Shown one piece after another: positions 19,781 through 29,163 of a stretch of 64,000 nucleotides of DNA; position 1 is the stretch's first letter; each line of letters begins with the position of its first letter. The DNA is from an uncultured Chloroflexia bacterium (GTDB lineage Bacteria > Chloroflexota > Limnocylindria > Limnocylindrales > CSP1-4): NCBI GenBank assembly GCA_963749705.1, contig CAVVNQ010000003.1, forward strand, positions 583,184-647,183, in the 5' to 3' direction. Below the pieces are notes generated by a model, which worked only from the letters and a program-made list of their open reading frames with translations, was not told the origin of the DNA and searched no databases. A program made the translations under genes and the position numbers.

Positions 19781-21037
19781 ATGTCCACGCAATCGCGAGC
19801 ACCCCAGGACTGGCGAGTCATCGTCGGCGTGTTCTGGATCACCCAGCTGATCGAGGGCATGGGCGTGAGCCAGGTGTTCGCGCTGCTGCCCGCCTACCTC
19901 CGCGACCTCGGCGTCCCGGAGACGGAGCGCCTCCCGTTCGTGGGCCTGTACAGCTCGCTGATGTTCGTGGTCGGCCTGCCGCTGGTGCCGCTGTGGGGCG
20001 TATGGGCCGACAAGATCAGCCGCAAGGCCGTGATCGTGCGCAGCGCGCTCGTCGAGGCGGTCGTGTTCGCGATGGCCGCCCTGGCGCGCGAGCCGTGGCA
20101 GCTGGCGCTGGCCGTGCTCCTGATCGGGTTCCAGCTCGGCAACACCGGGGTGATGCTGGCGGGCATCCGGGACGTCAGCCCGCGCCGGCGGCTGGGCACG
20201 ACGATCGCGCTGTTCGGTGCGGCCGGCCCGATCGGGTTCGCGGCCGGTCCGACGCTCGCCGGCCTGCTCATCGATGGGTTCGGCTGGGCCATCCCGAGCG
20301 TGTTCGGGCTGTCGGCGGCGCTGTCGGTGGGGACCGCGCTGCTGGTGGGCCTCGGAACCCGCGAGGTGCGACCCGAGGTGATCCCCGTGGGTCCGGTCCT
20401 GCGGCTGGCGTTCGGGGCGGTGCGCGGCGTGTTTGCCGACCCGGCCGTCCGTCGGGTGTTCGTGATCTACGGGGTCGTGTTCCTGGCCAACCAGATGTCC
20501 CGTCCGTACACGCCGGTCCTCGTCGAGGACCTGGTCGGGACCGGCGCCGGGCTTGCAACCGGGATCGCGCTCGTGATGGGCGTGGCGTCGCTGGTGGGGG
20601 CGATCGCCTCGCCGGGCGCCGGCTGGCTGGGCGACCAGGTGGGGTTCCGGCCGGTGCTCATCGCGGCGCTGATCGCCGGCGGCGGGGCCAGCATCCTGAT
20701 GCCCGTCGTCCCGGAGCTGGGCGCGTTGGTCGTGGTGGCCGTCGTGCTCGGTGCGGCCGTTGCGACCACCGGCGCGATGGTGTTCGCCATGCTCGCGAGC
20801 GACGTGCCGGCGGAGCGCCGCTCGGCCACCCTGAACCTCGTGTACCTGCCGCTGTACGTGGCGGGGATCCTGGGCCCGGCGATCGGCGGCGGGCTGGCCG
20901 CGGCCGGCGGCGCCGGCGGCCCGTTCGTTGCCGGCGGGATCGTGTTCCTCGCCGGGGCCGCCGTGCTCGGGCTGCGCGGGACGGGGCGCGACCACGCCCA
21001 GCCGGCGACGACGGCCGAGCCGACCGGCGTCCCGTAG
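19781..21037 (+). CDS. MFS transporter (12 TMS)
   Basis: PLWGVWADKISRK and GWLGDQVGFR motif A copies, hydrophobic helices. Confidence 0.88.
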   Translation: MSTQSRAPQDWRVIVGVFWITQLIEGMGVSQVFALLPAYLRDLGVPETERLPFVGLYSSLMFVVGLPLVPLWGVWADKISRKAVIVRSALVEAVVFAMAALAREPWQLALAVLLIGFQLGNTGVMLAGIRDVSPRRRLGTTIALFGAAGPIGFAAGPTLAGLLIDGFGWAIPSVFGLSAALSVGTALLVGLGTREVRPEVIPVGPVLRLAFGAVRGVFADPAVRRVFVIYGVVFLANQMSRPYTPVLVEDLVGTGAGLATGIALVMGVASLVGAIASPGAGWLGDQVGFRPVLIAALIAGGGASILMPVVPELGALVVVAVVLGAAVATTGAMVFAMLASDVPAERRSATLNLVYLPLYVAGILGPAIGGGLAAAGGAGGPFVAGGIVFLAGAAVLGLRGTGRDHAQPATTAEPTGVP

Positions 21038-21067
21038 CGTCCCGATCCCCGGATCGACGGGTCGGCG

Positions 21068-23371
21068 TCAACCGTCGGCGATCGCCGGATCCTCGGGGGT
21101 GTCCGCGACCCGGGCGGACGCGATGGCCGCGGCCAGTCGGTCCGCGAAGTCCGTCGCCAGCTCGCGCTCGACGAGCACGGTGACGCGATCCCCGACCTGG
21201 AGCACGGTCGCTGACGTGGGGGCGAAGCGGAGCCCCTCGCGCCGGACCATGATCGGCAGCGCCAGCGTCGGCCAGGGCAGGTCGGCGATCGGGACGCCGA
21301 CGGGCGCGTCGTCCGACGTGAACTCGAGATCGAGGATGCGGAAGCCGCCCAGCCACGACGGGCCCACGTGGCGCTCGATCGAACCCGTGGGTCGCACCCC
21401 GGCGACCGCAGGACCCGCGGGCGCCCCGGCATCGCTGCCGGCCGGGGGTCCGCCGAGCGGTGCGCCGCCGAGCGGTGCGCCGCCGACCGGGGCACTGCCG
21501 GGGCTCCTGCCCGCGCCGCCTCCGTTGTAGGCGCGCAGGACGTCCCGATGCGTCAGCCAGCCGACCACACGTCCGTCGCCGGCATCGAGCACCGGCACGC
21601 CGGCAGTCCCGTGGGCCAGCAGCTGCTCGAGGGCTTCCTCGAGCGTCTCGTCGGCGCCAACCGCCGGCACGTGCTCGGCAAGCTCGCCCGCGGTCATGTC
21701 CAGCGAGTTCGTCCGCATCTGCTGCTCGGCACCGTCTGCGGTGACGATCCCGCTGTACACGCCGGCCTCGTCCACGACGGGCAGCGATTCGACGCCCGCC
21801 GCGATCAGCCGGTCGACGACCTCGCCCAGGGGTGCGGCCGTTGACACCGGCTCGGGAACCGGGCGCATCGCGTCACGCACCGTGATCAGGTCCATGACGC
21901 TGGCCGCCCGTCCGCGCCGGACATCGATGCCCCGCCGCCGGAGCTTGAGCGTGTAGATCGTCTCGGGCGTCAGCAGCGCCGACAACCCGGCCGAGACCGC
22001 GATCGCCGTCATCAGCGGCAGGATCACCGTGTAGTCGCCGGTCAGCTCGAACAGGATCAGGACCGACGTGATCGGCGCGTGGGCCGCCGCCGCGAACACG
22101 GCGCCCATGCCCACCAGGCCGTAGGCGCCGGCCGGCGCGACCATGCCCGGGAACAGCGAGTTGACGACCACGCCGAAGGCCGTGCCCAGCATGCCGCCGA
22201 TGAACAGGGATGGGGCGAACACGCCGCCCGAGCCGCCGATCCCGATGGTGAGGCTGGTCGCGATCACCTTGCCGACGAGCAGCAGCAGAAGGAGCTCGAG
22301 CGCGTCGTGACCGCCGATGGCCTGCTCCAGCGGCGCGTAGCCGACGCCGTACAGCTGTGGCAGCGCCAGCAGCAGCAGCCCCAGGGCGAGCCCGCCCGCG
22401 ACCGGGCGCAGCCACTCCGGCCGCGGCTCCCACAGCCGGTCGATGACATCCTCCATGCCATACAGCACCCGGCTGAACCCGATCCCTACGCCTGCCGCCA
22501 CGAGGCCCAGCGTCGCGTACAGCGGGTACTCCCAGGCGTTGACGATCGTGAACGGCGGCAACGGCAGGAAGGAGCTGGACCCGAACGCGGCCCGGCTGAC
22601 CACGTCAGCTGTGACCGACGCCAGCACGACCGACCCGAACGACCGGATCTCGAAGTCGCGGAGGATCAGCTCGAGCGCGAAGAACACCCCTGCGATCGGG
22701 GCGTTGAACGTGGCCGAGATGCCACCGGCAGCGCCGCAGGCGACGAGCAGCCGGAGGCTCGATTCGCCGACTCGGAGGGTCTGGCCGATGGCCGAGCCCA
22801 GCGCCGAGCCGATCTGGACGATCGGGCCCTCGCGGCCGACCGATCCCCCCGAGCCCAGGCAGATCGCCGACGCGAGCGACTTGACGATCGCGACGCGTGG
22901 CCGGATCCGCCCGCCCCGCTCCGCGACCGCGAGCATGACCTCCGGGACGCCGTGGCCGCGCGCCTCGCGCGCGAAGCGATCGATCAGGGGGCCGTACAGC
23001 AGGCCACCCACCACGGGCACGGCCACGATGAACCAGATGCCCAGGAACGGCAGGTCCGGGTGCGTCGGCCGACTGACGGCGCCGTAATCGGACTGCCCCG
23101 TGAACACCACCGTGAACGCGCCGATGAGCCAGCGGAAGGCGATCGCGCCCAGGCCCGCGCCCAGACCGGTGAGCACCGCGAGGGTGACCAGCCCGGCCGG
23201 CCCGCGCTGGAGCGTGTCCCGTGCGCGGCCGATCGGGTCCCGCGGCACGCGCAACCAGCCAGGCCGGCCGGCGCTCGCCCGGGAACGGGCTTCGGGGACC
23301 GCTCGCGCCAGGGACCGGGTGAGGGCAGCCCGACGCTCCAGAATGGGTGAGCGGAGGTCAGCGTCGAGCAC
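21068..23371 (-). CDS. ClC chloride channel/antiporter with CBS pair and C-terminal TrkA-C (RCK_C) domain
   Basis: GHGVPEV, GGSVGREGP, FNAPIAG, GGVFAP, ELTGDY, then CBS motifs and RCK_C (PIMVRREG..F.P...TVLQVGD). Start 23371 or 23383. Confidence 0.92.
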   Translation of the reverse strand: MLDADLRSPILERRAALTRSLARAVPEARSRASAGRPGWLRVPRDPIGRARDTLQRGPAGLVTLAVLTGLGAGLGAIAFRWLIGAFTVVFTGQSDYGAVSRPTHPDLPFLGIWFIVAVPVVGGLLYGPLIDRFAREARGHGVPEVMLAVAERGGRIRPRVAIVKSLASAICLGSGGSVGREGPIVQIGSALGSAIGQTLRVGESSLRLLVACGAAGGISATFNAPIAGVFFALELILRDFEIRSFGSVVLASVTADVVSRAAFGSSSFLPLPPFTIVNAWEYPLYATLGLVAAGVGIGFSRVLYGMEDVIDRLWEPRPEWLRPVAGGLALGLLLLALPQLYGVGYAPLEQAIGGHDALELLLLLLVGKVIATSLTIGIGGSGGVFAPSLFIGGMLGTAFGVVVNSLFPGMVAPAGAYGLVGMGAVFAAAAHAPITSVLILFELTGDYTVILPLMTAIAVSAGLSALLTPETIYTLKLRRRGIDVRRGRAASVMDLITVRDAMRPVPEPVSTAAPLGEVVDRLIAAGVESLPVVDEAGVYSGIVTADGAEQQMRTNSLDMTAGELAEHVPAVGADETLEEALEQLLAHGTAGVPVLDAGDGRVVGWLTHRDVLRAYNGGGAGRSPGSAPVGGAPLGGAPLGGPPAGSDAGAPAGPAVAGVRPTGSIERHVGPSWLGGFRILDLEFTSDDAPVGVPIADLPWPTLALPIMVRREGLRFAPTSATVLQVGDRVTVLVERELATDFADRLAAAIASARVADTPEDPAIADG

Positions 23372-23387
23372 GCTGTCAAGCATACCG

Positions 23388-23408
23388 AATAGTTGCCTGC
23401 TGGCTATC
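23388..23408. promoter_or_regulatory. AT-rich imperfect palindrome, candidate repressor operator beside the ClC promoter
   Basis: ATAGTTGCCTGCTGGCTAT immediately upstream of the minus-strand TATGCT -10. Confidence 0.4.
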
Positions 23409-23554
23409 ATTTGACCGGCCGGCCCGGCGGGGCAGGGCATCGGCGTCCTGCCAAGGGTCCACGGACCAGCTCCGCGCCGGCGGCTGCCCGGCGAGCGTCC
23501 TGCCCCCGCACCACGTGGGTTACGATCGATCGATGGAAACCGGAGGTCCTCCAG

Positions 23555-24547
23555 GTGCCGAACCTGCCGCTGCGGCCGTTGCGCCGTGCCGCGCGGCCGA
23601 GTGGCGCCGCGACCGGGACGAACCCCGAGGCTCGCGGACCTGACGTCATCGCCGCGGCCGGCGTCCGCTGGCTGACCCTGGAGCACCCGCGCGAGGCGGA
23701 CCGTGCGTGGCTCGAGCAGGAGTTCGGCTTCCACCCGCTGGCGATCGAGGACGTCGCCTCCCGCAACCAGCGCCCCAAGCTCGATGCCTACGATGACTAC
23801 CTGTTCATCGTTCTCCACTTCCCGGTGTTCGACAAGCGCAGCGGGCGACTGCTCACCGCAGAGCTGGACCTGTTCGTCGGACCGGACTACCTGATCACCC
23901 TGACCGACCAGACGATCCCGCCCCTGGCCGCGATGTTCGAGCGCTATCGCGAGCGCGAGGAGGTCCGCGACCCGGTGTTCGCAAAGGGCACCGGCTACCT
24001 CCTGTACCGGATCGTCGACACCTGTGTCGATGCCTCGTTTCCGATGCTGCGCAAGATGGGCGCCAAGCTGGACAAGCTCGAGGACGACATCTTCGAGGGC
24101 CGGTCGGCCGAGATCGTGCGCGACCTGTCCGAGGTCAAGCAGGAGATCATCAACTTCCGGCGCGTCGTCCGGCCGATGCGCGCCGTGCTGCGCGATCTCG
24201 AGCGCACCAAGCAGCGCTACCTGGCCGAGGACCTGGACATCTACTTCGACGACATCACCGATGCGGCGGAGCGGATCTGGGACGTGCTCGAGAACTACAA
24301 GGAGGTCGCCGAGGCGCTCGAGGATTCGAACGAATCGGTGCTCTCACACCGGCTCAACCAGAGCCTGCGCGTGCTGACGGCGTTCAGCGTCGCGATGCTG
24401 CCGCTCACGCTGCTGGCGAGCATCGGCGGGATGAACGTCGACCTTCCCGGGGATGGCAGCCTGTCCGAGTTCTGGGCGATCATCGCGGTGATGGCGGTGA
24501 CCCTCGTCGGGGTGCTGCTGTTCTTCCGCCGGCGCGGCTACCTGTAG
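23555..24547 (+). CDS. corA: CorA family Mg2+ transporter
   Basis: FHPLAIED..S.NQRPKLD.Y, GMN signature (GGMNV), two C-terminal TM helices. GGAGG RBS, GTG start. Confidence 0.92.
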   Translation: MPNLPLRPLRRAARPSGAATGTNPEARGPDVIAAAGVRWLTLEHPREADRAWLEQEFGFHPLAIEDVASRNQRPKLDAYDDYLFIVLHFPVFDKRSGRLLTAELDLFVGPDYLITLTDQTIPPLAAMFERYREREEVRDPVFAKGTGYLLYRIVDTCVDASFPMLRKMGAKLDKLEDDIFEGRSAEIVRDLSEVKQEIINFRRVVRPMRAVLRDLERTKQRYLAEDLDIYFDDITDAAERIWDVLENYKEVAEALEDSNESVLSHRLNQSLRVLTAFSVAMLPLTLLASIGGMNVDLPGDGSLSEFWAIIAVMAVTLVGVLLFFRRRGYL

Positions 24548-24587
24548 CCGCCGGCCGGCCTGCGCCCTCCACCGACCGACCCGAGCG

Positions 24588-25703
24588 CTACGCCTCGGGC
24601 AGCGGTCGCTCGGCGGGACCGATGTAGCGCACGGTCGGGCGGATCAGCCGGTTCGCGGCGCCCTGCTCGATCGCGTGGGCGGTCCAGCCCGCGTGACGCG
24701 CGAGCGCGAATGTGGCGGGAAACAGGTCCGGCGTGAGCCCAACGCCCATCAGCACCGGCGCGGCGTAGTACTCGACGTTGGTCTTGAGCGGGCGGTCCGG
24801 GTACTTCTCGGCGAGGACGCGGAGCGCGACATCCTCCACCGCGATCGCCAGGTCCAGCCAGTCCGGCCGATGCTCCATCCCCTCCGCGACCTGGCGCAGC
24901 GCGGCCGCGCGCGGGTCGTAGGCCCGGTACACCCGGTGACCGAAGCCCATCAGCCGCTCGCCGCGGGCGAGCGCGTCGCGGACCCAGGCCTCGGCGCGCT
25001 CCGGCGTGCCCACCTGGTGGATCTGCTCGACCACCTCCGACGGCGCGCCGCCATGGAGCGGCCCCTTCAACGCACCGATCGCGCCGCACACCGCGGACGC
25101 AAGGTCGCTGCGGGTCGAGGTGATGACCCGGGCCGTGAACGTGGAGGCGTTGAACCCGTGCTCGGCGCCCACGACGAAATAGGCGTCCAGCGCGCGCGCC
25201 GTGGCGTCGTCCGGGCGCTCGCCGTTGATCTGGTAGAGATAGCCCGCGACGAGGTCGAGGTCCGGGTTCGGGTCGACCGGCTCGAGGCCCCGGCGGATCC
25301 GGGCGAACGCCGCCAGCGCGGACGGCGAGAACGCCGTCAACGCCCGCGCCTGCTCGGGGGTGGGGGGCCAGGCCGGGCTCGTCGTCGCGCCCCACACCGA
25401 GACCGCGGTCCGCAGCGCGTCCATCGGCTTCGCATCGTGCGGGAGTGCCCGCAGCGCCGCCATCACGGGTGCCGGCACCGGCTGGCAGGGCATCCGCGAG
25501 TCGGGTTGCCAGTCGCCGGTCCACAGCAGCTCCGCGACCGCCGCGAACGAGCCGTGTGCGACGAGGTCGCCGATCCGGTAGCCGCGATACAGCAGACGCC
25601 CGGCGGCGCCATCGATCGAGGACAGTGCGCTCTCCCCGGCGACGATGCCCTCGAGGCCGGGGGAGTAGGGACGCGTGTCGGCGGCGGGGGCGGGGTCGGT
25701 CAT
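24588..25703 (-). CDS. Citrate synthase / 2-methylcitrate synthase (short type)
   Basis: GLEG, LLYRGY, EHGFNASTFTARV, LKGPLHGGA, MGFGHRVY...DPRA. Confidence 0.93.
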   Translation of the reverse strand: MTDPAPAADTRPYSPGLEGIVAGESALSSIDGAAGRLLYRGYRIGDLVAHGSFAAVAELLWTGDWQPDSRMPCQPVPAPVMAALRALPHDAKPMDALRTAVSVWGATTSPAWPPTPEQARALTAFSPSALAAFARIRRGLEPVDPNPDLDLVAGYLYQINGERPDDATARALDAYFVVGAEHGFNASTFTARVITSTRSDLASAVCGAIGALKGPLHGGAPSEVVEQIHQVGTPERAEAWVRDALARGERLMGFGHRVYRAYDPRAAALRQVAEGMEHRPDWLDLAIAVEDVALRVLAEKYPDRPLKTNVEYYAAPVLMGVGLTPDLFPATFALARHAGWTAHAIEQGAANRLIRPTVRYIGPAERPLPEA

Positions 25704-25761
25704 GACCTGATGGTAGCCCGATGGCCGGGGTGCCGGGTCATGGCGCGGGGACGCGCCGTCG

Positions 25762-26016
25762 TCAGCGCCGGCCTTCGATCGCCTTGAGCACGACCCGGAC
25801 CACGATCGCGCCCAGGGTCGCGAGCACCAGGGCGCCGACGAACCCCTGCTCGCGCGGCAGGCCCATCTGCTCGGCCAGCCAGCCGCCGACGATCGCCCCG
25901 ACGATCCCGACCACGATCGTGGGCAGGCAGCCCTGCGCGCTGCGGACGCCGACCACCCAGCCGGACACGGAGCCGGCAAGCAGCCCGATGATCAACCAGC
26001 CAAGCAAGCTTTCCAT
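25762..26016 (-). CDS. GlsB/YeaQ/YmgE family small membrane protein
   Basis: WLIIGLLAG, IVVGIVGAIVGGWL, ATLGAIV. Confidence 0.88.
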   Translation of the reverse strand: MESLLGWLIIGLLAGSVSGWVVGVRSAQGCLPTIVVGIVGAIVGGWLAEQMGLPREQGFVGALVLATLGAIVVRVVLKAIEGRR

Positions 26017-26049
26017 GACGTGGAGTTTGCCCGACCGGTGGCCGCGCCG

Positions 26050-26922
26050 CTAGTCCTCGAGGAACGCCTCGACGGCGGCGATGAACCGGTCCGGATGCGT
26101 GTGATGCGCGGCGTGGCGGGCACCGTCGATGATCATGAGCCGGCCGTCACGCAGCCGCGCGTCGAGCGCCCGGGCGCCGTTGCGAAACGCGGCCGGCGAC
26201 CGCGATCCGGCCAGCTGGAGCACCGGTACCCGGACCCGGCCGATCGCCTCCAGCGACACCTCCGCGTCGGACCGGGCGGCCTCGAGCTCGCGGATGATGG
26301 TCGGTGCCGCGGCGACGCGCAGCGGCCAGACCGGGTCGGCCCGGAACCGGTCGAGGTCCTCGGCGGTCATGCCCGTGGCCTCCGTCATGAACCGCGCCAG
26401 GAGCGTCTCGAGATCGCCGGCGGCGAGGTCCGCGCGAAGTCGTGCGAGGAGACGGTCACCGTCCGGGTCGTCCGCGCGATCATCCGCTTGATCATCGTCG
26501 GCACCCGCGGCCGCACCGCGTGGGCGGGTCGGGGCGCCCTCGTACGCCACAACGCGGCGCACGTTCTCGGTCCGCAGGCTCGCCCCCAGCGCGATCCGGC
26601 CGCCCAGCGAGTGACCGACCACGTCGACCGGTCGGCGCGATGCGCCGGCGAGCGTGTCGGCCACGGCGGCGACATCCTCGAGCTCGCGCGCGATGGCGTA
26701 CGAGGCGCCATCCCCCGAGCGTCCCCGGCCCCGGCGGTCGATCGCATGCAGCCTGTGGCGGAGGGCAAGCCGGGGTCCGACGACGCGCCACGTCCGGTGG
26801 TCCGCGGTCGTGCCGTGGACGAGCACCAGGTCCGGGCCGGCGCCGGCGGAGAACACCGCGATCGGCGTCCCGTCGCGGGACGCGACGAACGAGCTCGGCG
26901 CGTCCGAAAACGGGGCGACCAC
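26050..26922 (-). CDS. Alpha/beta fold hydrolase
   Basis: SRDGTPIA, LVHG, DRRGRGRSG, GHSLGG, catalytic His near the C-terminus. Start is approximate. Confidence 0.88.
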   Translation of the reverse strand: MVAPFSDAPSSFVASRDGTPIAVFSAGAGPDLVLVHGTTADHRTWRVVGPRLALRHRLHAIDRRGRGRSGDGASYAIARELEDVAAVADTLAGASRRPVDVVGHSLGGRIALGASLRTENVRRVVAYEGAPTRPRGAAAGADDDQADDRADDPDGDRLLARLRADLAAGDLETLLARFMTEATGMTAEDLDRFRADPVWPLRVAAAPTIIRELEAARSDAEVSLEAIGRVRVPVLQLAGSRSPAAFRNGARALDARLRDGRLMIIDGARHAAHHTHPDRFIAAVEAFLED

Positions 26923-26936
26923 GACGGCGGGGGCCG

Positions 26937-27779
26937 CTATCCCCGCGGCAGGTCGGCCGCGGCGTCGCGGTCGAGCAGCCAGATCGCGTTCCCCGTCCGC
27001 GCCGCCCGCACGGGGAGCTCGCGAACGTCGTCGCCCGTCCACGCCCTGCCGAGCGGCGCCGCCTTGGACGCGCCGCTGGTCACGACCAGCACCGTCCTGG
27101 CGGCGGCGAGGACGCGGGGATGCATCGTCACCCGCTCGAGGTGGGGCTCGACGTGGCTCGGTGCGGCGACCGCGACGCACATCGCCGGGTCGTCCCAGAC
27201 CGGGGATCCCGGGAACACCGACAGGATGTGTCCGTCGGGTCCGACGCCGAGGATGATCAGGTCGAACACGGGCACGCCGTCAGGTCCGGCGCCCGGACCG
27301 GCGTCCCGCAGCTCGGTCGCGTATGTGGCGGCGGCCCAGCGCGGTCCGCCGGCGCGGGCGATCGCCGCAGCCACGGGCACCGGATGCAGGTTCCCGGCCG
27401 GGATCCGGATGCCGACGCCGCCGCCCCCGACGTCCGCGCTGGTCGCCCCGGACTCCGTCTCGTCGCCGCCGGACTCCAGCAGCACCTGCTCCAGCGGCAG
27501 CACGTTGGACTGGGGGTGGTCGGTCGGGACGAACCGGTCGTCGCCCCACCACACGTGGACCCGGTCCCAGGCGACCGTGTCGCGCAGCGGCGGAACCCGG
27601 AGCCGGCGGTAGATCGGCGGCGCGGCGGATCCGCCAGTGGTCGACCAGTGGGCGATCCCGCGCTCCGCGATCGACGCGGCCAGGAGCCGCGCGATCTCCG
27701 TGGCAGCCGCGTCGGCCACCGCGTCGGGCGACGGCAGGATCCGCAGCTCGGGAAGCGTGGAGGGCGTCTCGGTGGGCAT
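26937..27779 (-). CDS. pgl: 6-phosphogluconolactonase
   Basis: GGSA, WWGDDRFVP.DHP.SN, FDLIILGVGPDGH.LS.FP, ERVT. Downstream of zwf/opcA. Confidence 0.92.
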   Translation of the reverse strand: MPTETPSTLPELRILPSPDAVADAAATEIARLLAASIAERGIAHWSTTGGSAAPPIYRRLRVPPLRDTVAWDRVHVWWGDDRFVPTDHPQSNVLPLEQVLLESGGDETESGATSADVGGGGVGIRIPAGNLHPVPVAAAIARAGGPRWAAATYATELRDAGPGAGPDGVPVFDLIILGVGPDGHILSVFPGSPVWDDPAMCVAVAAPSHVEPHLERVTMHPRVLAAARTVLVVTSGASKAAPLGRAWTGDDVRELPVRAARTGNAIWLLDRDAAADLPRG

Positions 27780-27855
27780 CATTCGAACCTCGGGTATCGG
27801 CGTGGATCGCGGCCACGCACCGGGTTGGCCGGATCACGTCCGCCGGCCGTCGGGC

Positions 27856-29163
27856 TCAGCCGGAGCGGTGGGATCCGGAACCTATGGCCGGGTCCGCGAG
27901 CCGGGCCGCCATGCGCGTCGAGTCGACCGACATCGGGTCCCGGCCGCCGACCTCGAGCGCCTCGCTGAGCAGGTCGACGTCGTTGCGCCGGGGTGCGCGG
28001 AAGGTCCGGTCGATGGCCTGGACACCGTCCAGCCAGGTGTGGCAATGGACGTCGTCCGCGGCGGCCGTCACGTCCGCCCGGAGCTCCGAGCCGCGCCGCT
28101 CGGCGAGCAGCTCCACGCGCAGCGTCGTCCCGGCCGGCGCATCCGACGCGATCGGCCGGATGACGACCGAGACCATCCCCGTCGAGTCACGCAGCTTCGC
28201 CTGCAGACCGCGGTGCATCGGCGGCCGCTCGCCGGGCCGGGGACGGGCCGGGCGCCGCACGGCATCGAACGGCCTCAGCGGCGAGACCACGCGCATGCCC
28301 AGCCGTGAGGCCAGCCACGCGACGTGGTAGAGCGGCTTGATCACGTTGGTCGTTCCCGGCTCCCCGGTCTCGTCGTGCGTGGCGTACGTCACCGCGATCC
28401 GCCGGATGCTCCTTACGAACGGCAGGAAGTCGGGGACATCGAAGATGGACGCGATCGCGTCGCGCCAGCGCGACTGACGGACCAGGGCGAAGTCGCGGAT
28501 CGACAGGCGGTCGTGCCGGTCGTACAGCGCGGCAAGCTGGCGAAGGCGCCCGAGGCCATCGCCCGACCACGAGGCGCCGTCGATCACCAGCCGGTCGGCA
28601 CCGCGGAGCAGCGCCCGGGCGGCATCGCCGTCCAGCGGCGGCTCGCTCGGCCACCAGACGGTCACCGGCAGGTCGTGGATCAGCAGCGGGGCGACGAGCG
28701 CCGAGAGGTGGCGACCCGTGTCACCGCCGGCGGTCAGGAAGATCAGCTCCGCGCAGGTCTCCGGCGCATCGACCCGTGGCAGCACGCAGTGGGCCTGGAT
28801 CCGCGCATCGAGCCAGGACGGCCCGTCCGGATCGGCGGACGTGACGAGCAGGGTCCGCGACGGGTGGCGGCCGGTGAGCCGGCTCATCGTCTCCGCGGCG
28901 CGCTCCGCGATCTCGGGCTGGCGGGCGATCACCACCAGGTTCATCACGCTCGTGCGCGCGGCGATGTACCGGCCGCCGGGCGAGTCGTCGCCCTCGAGCA
29001 TCAGGTCGGGCTCGGCCCAGATCCGCGCCAGCTCGCTCTCGATGCCGTCGATCGACGACGCGTGGGACTGCCATCGGAGCACCGGCTCGCCGGGTCGCGG
29101 CCGCCGGGCCAGCGCCACCCGGCCGTCGGTCGTGCGCCCGGTCGCGCTCAGATCCGGCGCCAC
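27856..29163 (-). CDS. opcA: Glucose-6-phosphate dehydrogenase assembly protein OpcA
   Basis: RTSVMNLV, HPSR, PLLIHDLPV.VWW, DRLVIDG. Overlaps the zwf 3' end. Confidence 0.88.
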   Translation of the reverse strand: MAPDLSATGRTTDGRVALARRPRPGEPVLRWQSHASSIDGIESELARIWAEPDLMLEGDDSPGGRYIAARTSVMNLVVIARQPEIAERAAETMSRLTGRHPSRTLLVTSADPDGPSWLDARIQAHCVLPRVDAPETCAELIFLTAGGDTGRHLSALVAPLLIHDLPVTVWWPSEPPLDGDAARALLRGADRLVIDGASWSGDGLGRLRQLAALYDRHDRLSIRDFALVRQSRWRDAIASIFDVPDFLPFVRSIRRIAVTYATHDETGEPGTTNVIKPLYHVAWLASRLGMRVVSPLRPFDAVRRPARPRPGERPPMHRGLQAKLRDSTGMVSVVIRPIASDAPAGTTLRVELLAERRGSELRADVTAAADDVHCHTWLDGVQAIDRTFRAPRRNDVDLLSEALEVGGRDPMSVDSTRMAARLADPAIGSGSHRSG

